Both the position numbers and the translations under genes were made by a program. The notes beneath the pieces were generated by a model, which searched no databases, had not been told where the DNA came from, and saw nothing but the letters and a program-made list of their open reading frames with translations. A stretch of 63,553 nt of DNA, counting the filler, from Octopus bimaculoides (Eukaryota): assembly GCF_001194135.2 (NCBI RefSeq). It is 8 parts of 8 records of this genome, joined end to end, with 100 filler letters (N's around TTAATTAATTAA, not from the genome) between each part and the next. Parts side by side here need not be neighbours in the genome. Positions count along the whole stretch, not along the records: positions 48,025 to 59,153 come from NC_068991.1; positions 59,254 to 62,215 come from NC_069000.1; positions 62,316 to 63,553 come from NC_069010.1; 5 more parts are not named here. One strand, written 5' to 3'. The first letter of the stretch is position 1. Each line of letters starts with the position of its first letter. Below are positions 55,367-63,553 of this stretch, piece by piece.

Positions 55367-56325
55367 AGAGTAAGTATGCAACTCACCAGAGAGAGGATGT
55401 AGTCCACATCACGTCGCCCAGGTTGACCAGGGCCTTCTGACAGGACCCTTTGCTTTCTTAAGAGCAGTGTGGAGGCTAATCTGCGTTGCGAAGCCTCTAA
55501 CATAGCTTAACAGGTAGATGTCAGTCCGAGAACACCTGTCAGGTCTCTCCACAAACTTGTCTACTATGGCAGAGCTGCAAAAAGGTAGCCACTTCTTCGA
55601 CCAACCAATATCAAGCGGAGAAACATTGGGCCAGTGACATGGTGGAGAGGCCACAACAAGTTTGGGACACAGTCATATTCTCTGATGAGTCCAGGTTTAC
55701 TGTATTTTCTGACAGTGGTCGAGTGTGGGTCTGGAGACTCTGTGGTCAAGAATTTGACGTGCAAAGATTGCAGCCAACAATGAAACACGGCGGTTATTCT
55801 TTCATGGTCTAGGGAGAAATTTGAAGCAAAGGTCGATCAGAGCTGGTAGAGTGTGAGGGAAACACAAACTCAAAAGAATGTGTCCGTATTTCAGAAAGGT
55901 CTCCTTTCAAACCTTCCCTAATGGTGAAATGATTAAAGAAGACTCACACGGCTAAAAAGACCCAAGGCTGGTTGGAAGAGAATAGCATTAAAATGCTTCA
56001 ATGGCCAAGCCAGTCACCAGATATGAACCCTGTTGAACAACTTTGGGGGCATAATGGACAGGACACTTCGTAAAAAGAAGAAAGCATATTCAAAGCCAGG
56101 TCTTTTGAGATTACTGCGTGAAACTTGGCAAGAGAATATTCGTCATGCGATCATTAGCGTGCCTAATTGGGTCCTTGCATTGAAAAATGCAAAGTGCATG
56201 TCTACTAAATATTAGATATTCACATTATAATGATTAATAAACAATTTGAACATATAATTTCAGATTTAAATAAACTTCAATAATTATGAGGGCGTCTATT
56301 TACTTCTGTCATGTCTGACTACATA
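55365..56325 (+). mobile_element. Decayed Tc1 (DD34E-type) transposon
   Basis: [53 protein letters not shown]. Multiple stops and frameshifts. A probable right TIR lies near 56290-56325. Confidence 0.9.
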
Positions 56326-56854
56326 TGTGGCAGAACTGATATGAAATAGATTTCGTTCCTAATTTTAGCGCACAGAACAACGAACCCAAGTTCAGTGCAT
56401 GACGCCGACGACGAGGGCATAAGAACTCATTAGCCGCTGTTTCATCCAGCCTTGATATGCAGTTTGTAATATATTTTGAAAAACGATATCTTGACAATTC
56501 AACAAGCTGTTGTGGTTGTGCTTTTTGAGATATTTTAGTATTGCAGTTAAAAGCGTAAGTTAGGAATTCAAGTGACTTTTGATGTTTGATGTCTCGAGAT
56601 TGATTTATCATGAGTATATTTAACCCGGATAAATTTGCACTGATTGCCCTTCAATTGCTGCCAGTGCCACACGGCTTAGCTTTTTTTTTTACTAAGGCGG
56701 CTTGATTGCAGAAACACAACTTGTCTCGCTGAAAGATATGCGTATATGTATGTATGTACGTACGTATGTACGTATGCATGCATGTGTATGTGTGTATGTA
56801 TGTATATAGATAGGCAGACAGACAGACAAACAGATAGACAGACAAACAGAAATA

Positions 56855-57106
56855 CATTGGGGTGGTGCATAATTAGTGCAGCTCATTTTTAAAAATTATT
56901 TTTATTCAACAAAAATAATAACAACATGTAACAAAAACATCTTTAAATGATTATTCCGGAGCATATTCACCATCTACTTCAGCTTCCCATTTGCTTGGCA
57001 GACGGTCAGACCGTCATTTAAAGATGTCTTTGTTAAATATCGTTATTGTTTTTGTTGAATAAAATTTGTTGAACTAAAGCCGCAATAATTATGCACCAGC
57101 CCAATA
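56855..57106. mobile_element. Mariner-derived MITE (~250 bp)
   Basis: TIRs TTGGGGTGGTGCATAATTAGTGCAGC and GCCGCAATAATTATGCACCAGCCCAA followed by TA. The interior keeps a transposase C-terminal remnant on the minus strand (LPSKWE..DGEYAPE*). Confidence 0.8.
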
Positions 57107-58055
57107 GATATATTAGAGAGGGAGAGAGAGAGAGAGAGATAGAGAGAGAGATGGATATATANNNNNNNNNNNNNNNNNNNNNNNNNNNNNNNNNNNNNNN
57201 NNNNNNNNNNNNNNNNNNNNNNNNNNNNNNNNNNNNNNNNNNNNNNNNNNNNNNNNNNNNNNNNNNNNNNNNNNNNNNNNNNNNNNNNNNNNNNNNNNNN
57301 NNNNNNNNNNNNNNNNNNNNNNNNNNNNNNNNNNNNNNNNNNNNNNNNNNNNNNNNNNNNNNNNNNNNNNNNNNNNNNNNNNNNNNNNNNNNNNNNNNNN
57401 NNNNNNNNNNNNNNNNNNNNNNNNNNNNNNNNNNNNNNNNNNNNNNNNNNNNNNNNNNNNNNNNNNNNNNNNNNNNNNNNNNNNNNNNNNNNNNNNNNNN
57501 NNNNNNNNNNNNNNNNNNNNNNNNNNNNNNNNNNNNNNNNNNNNNNNNNNNNNNNNNNNNNNNNNNNNNNNNNNNNNNNNNNNNNNNNNNNNNNNNNNNN
57601 NNNNNNNNNNNNNNNNNNNNNNNNNNNNNNNNNNNNNNNNNNNNNNNNNNNNNNNNNNNNNNNNNNNNNNNNNNNNNNNNNNNNNNNNNNNNNNNNNNNN
57701 NNNNNNNNNNNNNNNNNNNNNNNNNNNNNNNNNNNNNNNNNNNNNNNNNNNNNNNNNNNNNNNNNNNNNNNNNNNNNNNNNNNNNNNNNNNNNNNNNNNN
57801 NNNNNNNNNNNNNNNNNNNNNNNNNNNNNNNNNNNNNNNNNNNNNNNNNNNNNNNNNNNNNNNNNNNNNNNNNNNNNNNNNNNNNNNNNNNNNNNNNNNN
57901 NNNNNNNNNNNNNNNNNNNNNNNNNNNNNNNNNNNNNNNNNNNNNNNNNNNNNNNNNNNNNNNNNNNNNNNNNNNNNNNNNNNNNNNNNNNNNNNNNNNN
58001 NNNNNNNNNNNNNNNNNNNNNNNNNNNNNNNNNNNNNNNNNNNNNNNNNNNNNNN

Positions 58056-58260
58056 GGCAGAGTCGTTAGCGCGCCGGGCGAAATGCTTAGCGGTATTTCG
58101 TCTGTCTTTACGTTCTGAGTTCAAATTCCCCCGAGGTCGACTTTGCCTTTCATCCTTTCGGGGGTCGATAATTTAAGTACCAGTTGCGCACTGGGGTCAA
58201 TCTAATCGACTAGACCCCTCCCCCAAAAATTTCGGGGCTTTTGCCTAAAGAAGAAAAGAA
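58056..58260 (+). mobile_element. SINE family B copy; others at 27040-27185(-) and degenerate at ~30850-30990(+), 36840-36990(-), 50300-50420(-)
   Basis: GGCAGAGTCGTTAGCGCGCCGGGCGAAATGCTTAGCGG..GAGTTCAAATTCC..GCCTTTCATCCTTTCGGGGGTCGATAA. Confidence 0.88.
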
Positions 58261-58396
58261 TATGTGTGTATGTGTGTTGTGTTTGCGATTGTGGTGTATA
58301 TGTTTGTGGTTGTGTTTATATATATGTGTGTATGTGCGCGCGTATACATATACATATGCATATATACAGGTGTGTGTCTGTGGGTCTGTGTGAAGA

Positions 58397-58440
<44 letters not shown>

Positions 58441-58450
58441 NNNNNNNNNN

Positions 58451-58485
<35 letters not shown>

Positions 58486-59010
58486 CATTATGTGTGTATG
58501 TGTGTTTCTGCGTGTGTACACTTGCAAACATAGATATTTGCGTGCGTGCGCGCGTGCGTGCGTGTGTGTGTGTGCCTTCTACGTATCAGACCTTTGTAGC
58601 TCATTTAAAACAACAATCCTTTCGATTTCGTTTGTAGCAACGCATCCAGGTTAATTTCCATCGCTGTACAGAAAAAAGCACCTTAGTTCCCACAAGCAGA
58701 AGAATAAAGTGGGATGTAAAATGTGAACGGTGGAGCACACAAAAGCTGCGTCTTTCGTACAAGTACGCGCACACACACACACACACACACACACAAAGGC
58801 ATACACAAAGCAAACACAGACACACATGTACACATACAAATACACGCTTATGACGGATTATATATATATATACATATACATACCATATACATACATATAT
58901 AGATATATATACGTATATAAATATACATATATATAGGTATATACATACATATATATACGTATATACATACATATATACGTACGTACATATATGTATATAC
59001 GTATATATAT

Positions 59011-59043
<33 letters not shown>

Positions 59044-60176
59044 TATATATACACATACATATATATATATACGTATATATACACATACATATATATATAT
59101 ACGTATATATATACGTATATATATACATACATATATATATATACGTATATATANNNNNNNNNNNNNNNNNNNNNNNNNNNNNNNNNNNNNNNNNNNNTTA
59201 ATTAATTAANNNNNNNNNNNNNNNNNNNNNNNNNNNNNNNNNNNNNNNNNNNNATATATATGCACATGTGGCTATTATGTATGTTCTGCATATATAGGTA
59301 TATATACTCGTGCTGTTAATATGAATATAAAAAAATAAGCGCGCAGTTGTGGAAATTCGTACGGATGTATGAATTTATACGCATGCGCATTTATGCGTAT
59401 CTGTGTATATTTGTTCGTGCGGTATGTAGGAATATAGGTATATATACATCTGTGTCTCTGTATGCGTATGAGTGTGTAAGTGTATATACATGTATGTATG
59501 CATGTATGTATGTATGTATGTATGTATGTATGTATGTATGTATGTATGTATGTATGCACGTATTTACGTATATGTATATGCATGTGTATATATACGCAGA
59601 AGTGCTCACGTAAGCATAAATTGATTGTATATCAAGTTGCATGAATGTCTCAATGTGTGTGTATACATACGCGCATATACTTGTATATATGTGCGTATAT
59701 ATATATATANNNNNNNNNNNNNNNNNNNNNNNNNNNNNNNNNNNNNNNNNNNNNNNNNNNNNNNNNNNNNNNNNNNNNNNNNNNNNNNNNNNNNNNNNNN
59801 NNNNNNNNNNNNNNNNNNNNNNNNNNNNNNNNNNNNNNNNNNNNNNNNNNNNNNNNNNNNNNNNNNNNNNNNNNNNNNNNNNNNNNNNNNNNNNNNNNNN
59901 NNNNNNNNNNNNNNNNNNNNNNNNNNNNNNNNNNNNNNNNNNNNNNNNNNNNNNNNNNNNNNNNNNNNNNNNNNNNNNNNNNNNNNNNNNNNNNNNNNNN
60001 NNNNNNNNNNNNNNNNNNNNNNNNNNNNNNNNNNNNNNNNNNNNNNNNNNNNNNNNNNNNNNNNNNCAATCTGGAGTAATAATTTGTAGTTTTGAAATCA
60101 GTAGTTCTTTGACTGCTATTTCTGAATTCTCAGTATGTTGGAGAAGCAGGTTACTGTCAATCCCTATATATTTATG

Positions 60177-60224
<48 letters not shown>

Positions 60225-60938
60225 CACACAGATATCTCTCTCTATACAAAAGTCTATGCGCGCGTATCTAAGCATACATTTACACGTTCATGCACAAGCT
60301 CACACAATTATTACATGCATGTGTGAACACGTACGAGGGCAGTTCACTCTATTGTTCAACGTTGAGTTATTTTAGTTGAGGTTTAAAACATTTTTGAATG
60401 CACAAAAAACAACCTAACTTTTGTTGCTTTTGCGCAACCTACTTTTGTATGGTTTTATATACCTGGCATTCTCCCAAAGGAGAGAATCAAATCGACGGTT
60501 ATCGCATTTGACTTGTAGCTTACTCCTTTAGTCATCGTTGAATACTTCCTTAAAAGTGTAAATTATCTGTTTCTCTCAATAGGTAGGACCAAAGATTATA
60601 TACTTATATTTTGATATGCTTAAACTTTTTATATAAAGTTATATCCTTATACTTTGTAGCATTGACAAATATGAAAAAAAACTTTCTAACTTTTACGATG
60701 TGTGGCAAAATATCCATTTATGAGTAAAGCGAACGAAATTAGAGATCGAATTTCGCGTCTGCCGTAATCCAGGTTGTCATGATGTCGGCGGCACTATCCG
60801 CATTTCAGCAGCTTCGTAGAAAAGCTTACATACATGCATACACATATATAAACACCCACACCCATACACATACACACATCTGTGGACGGGTGTGCATATA
60901 TATATATGCGTGAATACATATATGTATATAGGTACATA

Positions 60939-61147
60939 GGCGCAGGACTAGCTGTGTGGTAAGAATCTTGCCTCCCAACCGCATGGTTCCGGGTTCACTC
61001 CGACTGCGTGGCACCTTGCGTGGCAAGTGTCTTCTATTATAACCTTGGATCAAACAAAACCTTGTGAGAGTGAATTTGATAGATGGAAACTGAAAGGAGC
61101 CTGTCGTATGTGTGTGGAACCCTCGTCGTCGTAACCGACGGAGTACC
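60939..61147 (+). mobile_element. SINE family A 5' half joined to a family C 3' tail
   Basis: GGCGCAGGACTAGCTGTGTGGTAAG..GGTTCACTCC..GAAACTGAAAGGAGCCTGTCG, then GGAACCCTCGTCGTCGTAACCGACGGAGT. Confidence 0.7.
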
Positions 61148-61159
61148 ACTTAACTGCTA

Positions 61160-61370
61160 TACTGTTTTCTTCATTGAGGATACCACTGCGTAGATGGCTC
61201 GTGTTGGTCGACCACATGTCACATGGTCACGGCAGACGAAGAGGCATTTCGCGGAAATGGTGAAGGCAACATACCTATGTAATAGCGCATTGCCCCCACA
61301 CCTGACCCTAACAACCAGACTGGAAATAGACTGGAATATAATAATACGTGAAGCTCTGAACACAACAGAA
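61160..61370 (+). mobile_element. Possible decayed RTE-like LINE C-terminal remnant
   Basis: RVGRPHVTW...DWNIIIREA resembles the RTE tail motif GRP-x2-TW...W-x5-A. Confidence 0.3.
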
Positions 61371-61452
61371 GCAGTCATACTTCTATTTGTACACACAAAA
61401 TACTATGTATATATATATATATATACATTCATATATATACACACGTAATACA

Positions 61453-62100
61453 TACGAGGTCTGATCAATAAGTATCCGGACTACTGCCATAGTAACGAAG
61501 CTGAAGCATACAGAGTTAAACCGCTTAGCAAAGATTGCCCCTGAACTCTGCTGTGCATGCGCACTAAGTTTTAACGTCCTACCTCACTTCTGTTGTTTAC
61601 AGCAGTACTTGGAAGGAAAGTGTGTAGCGTGTGATCGTCGTATTGACCATGAAAGACAAAGTTGTCATGGTGACGCCTGCTCAGAGGCCTACACAAAGTA
61701 GCAGAAAGCATATGAAGATTTGTGTATGAGACGCGTGTATGCCAAGGTTGTGCCAAAACAGTTTTCAGCTGATCCAAAAGACACTCGGGTTTCAGTTGCA
61801 CAAGATCTTGATTGTGTCGAGAATGATGAAAACGTTTTGAAATCTTTAGGCAGGCCTCTGAGCAGGTATCGCCAAGCTTTTGACAAAATTTGATGCAGAT
61901 TCTCTGCTCAACTTTCTCTGTCATGGTCAAAGCGACAGTCACACACTACATACCTTCATTCTAAGCACTGCTGTAAACAACGGAAGTGAGCTAGAACGTT
62001 AAAGGTAAATCTGTGTCAAGCGGCTTTACTCTGCGTGCTTTAGCTTCGTTACTATGGCAACAGTCCCAATACTTATTGCACTTAGTGATCAGACCACGTA
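61453..62100. mobile_element. Non-autonomous mariner derivative built from two inverted 5' ends
   Basis: TA-CGAGGTCTGATCAATAAGTAT... ...ATCAGACCACG-TA. Minus strand gives MTEKVEQRICIKFCQKLGDTCSEA; plus strand gives MRRVYAKVVPKQFSADPKDTRVSVAQDL. Arms are about 240 bp. Confidence 0.88.
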
Positions 62101-62133
62101 TATATATATATCTTCATACATATACATACATAC

Positions 62134-62166
<33 letters not shown>

Positions 62167-63280
62167 TATTCATACATATACATACATATATATATATGTA
62201 TATATATATATATATNNNNNNNNNNNNNNNNNNNNNNNNNNNNNNNNNNNNNNNNNNNNTTAATTAATTAANNNNNNNNNNNNNNNNNNNNNNNNNNNNN
62301 NNNNNNNNNNNNNNNACCCACGCATGCGCAGGGACTAGTTCCGGGAGGAACACGAGAAGAGTCTCATGCGTATGCGTGGAGTTCAACATCTAAAACGTTC
62401 CCGCTCTTTTCATTCTCTTTCTCGGTCAGCCGGCCATGAGCATGGACGGGTCAAGCTGTCTCTCCAACATTCCAACGTCTCAGCAACCATGCCTATTTCC
62501 TCCATAAATAAATATTGTTGTGTTGATAGTTCAGAATCAGTGTTTCGTTGTTTCTTTTGAATTTAATATAGGAAAGCGGGTGTACACCTAATGGTGTATA
62601 ACTACTTTCCTATAACCCTAAAGCTAAAACCAGTACAAACGCACAAATGATGTTATAAATAACAGTACTGCCGATAGTTGTCGTTGACAAACAACGGCAC
62701 TAATTTTATTCAAGGGAAAAGATCCCATGACACCGTTAGAACATGTTGTTTACATTCCACGGCAGTAATTGTTTTCACCTCAATAGACGTCAGTGATTGG
62801 TTGAAATTACCGAAATACGACAATTTTTTTACATGAAATAACTTCGAATACAAAAATTTTTATCTGTTCTATACCACAAAATATACAAGTATTCGAAGTT
62901 TGAAAGTGTTTCGGTACCAAAAACACTACATAAAACATAGATGAAAAGTGGTGCCCGTCAATTCAGAAGGATCACTCTTTTGTAACCCTGTTTAATAATA
63001 GATGGTTATCCCCGTTTGTGACTTAAAATACATCTACTATTTTGACTATGTCCCAATTCGTAACCTTATAAACCGTCGATAGTTTTACATAGTTATCTCC
63101 CTTTCTGATTCTCCGCATTTCTTTTTTGAGTTTTTATCTCCTCGTTTGCGACTCTCTTCATTACAAGTTGACAATGGATGATTACCACCTTTTCTGACCT
63201 TAGATATTATCTCCTTTGTAAATGTGTATCAGGCGATCTTTCGATACGAGTCCTAAATATCGGCCCTTTCCGTAAAAAGT

Positions 63281-63553
63281 GTCTTCGGCGATCTTTACCA
63301 AAGATCGGCCTTTTCCATGAAAAGTGTTGGAGAGAAACAGGGAAACGACGTCGTAACAGAGAAAGACATACAGAGAGCGCAATTTCTATTGAAGGGTTTA
63401 TGGTTAGGGTTAGGGTTTGGGTTTTAGGGCTTGGGTTAGGGAATTCCGTCCCTAACCCTAAACACTAACCCTAAAACCCTAACCCTAACACCGTAGTGAA
63501 GATCATGCGGGTGTTACGGAAAAGGCCAATCTTTGGTAAAGATCGCCGAAGAC
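63281..63553. mobile_element. Palindromic MITE-like element with an inverted telomere-like core; may run off the window end
   Basis: 63281-63316 equals the reverse complement of 63518-63553 at 35 of 36 positions. Inside, TTAGGG-like repeats (63394-63441) face CCCTAA-like repeats (63450-63490). Confidence 0.7.

Noticed and set aside
12538-58260. tRNA genes
   Set aside because: All A/B-box motifs belong to SINE heads followed by SINE bodies; no complete cloverleaf was seen.
63394-63490. True telomere or telomere fusion
   Set aside because: The repeats are short and degenerate and are enclosed by non-telomeric inverted arms.

Overview
AT-rich, gap-riddled eukaryotic scaffold, most likely cephalopod (Octopus-like). 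That is inferred from the extreme microsatellite density and my recognition of the tRNA-headed SINE families, not from a search. Nearly all listed ORFs are microsatellite or N-gap artefacts. The best-supported host-gene signal is on the minus strand near 46-47 kb: two symmetric phase-1 exons, one encoding a chitin-binding type-2 (CBM14/peritrophin-A-like) module and the next a segment resembling the start of the LamG-like domain of molluscan Pif/BMSP-type proteins. Weaker exon candidates lie at 51.0, 45.9, 15.2 and 12.1 kb. The rest is a transposon landscape. It has three tRNA-derived SINE families, a CR1/L2-group LINE 3' fragment abutting a decayed Penelope-like element, and decayed DD37D(maT)-like, Tc1 and mariner elements plus several MITEs. 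The most notable structures are long inverted repeats not shown by the ORF track: a ~1.15 kb near-complete palindrome (38.2-39.4 kb), a 443-bp hairpin MITE filling the intron between the two exons, a mariner made of two inverted 5' ends, inverted SINE pairs, and a palindromic element with an inverted TTAGGG/CCCTAA core at the window end. Seven 100-bp N44-TTAATTAATTAA-N44 linkers are assembly artefacts, so contiguity across them is uncertain.
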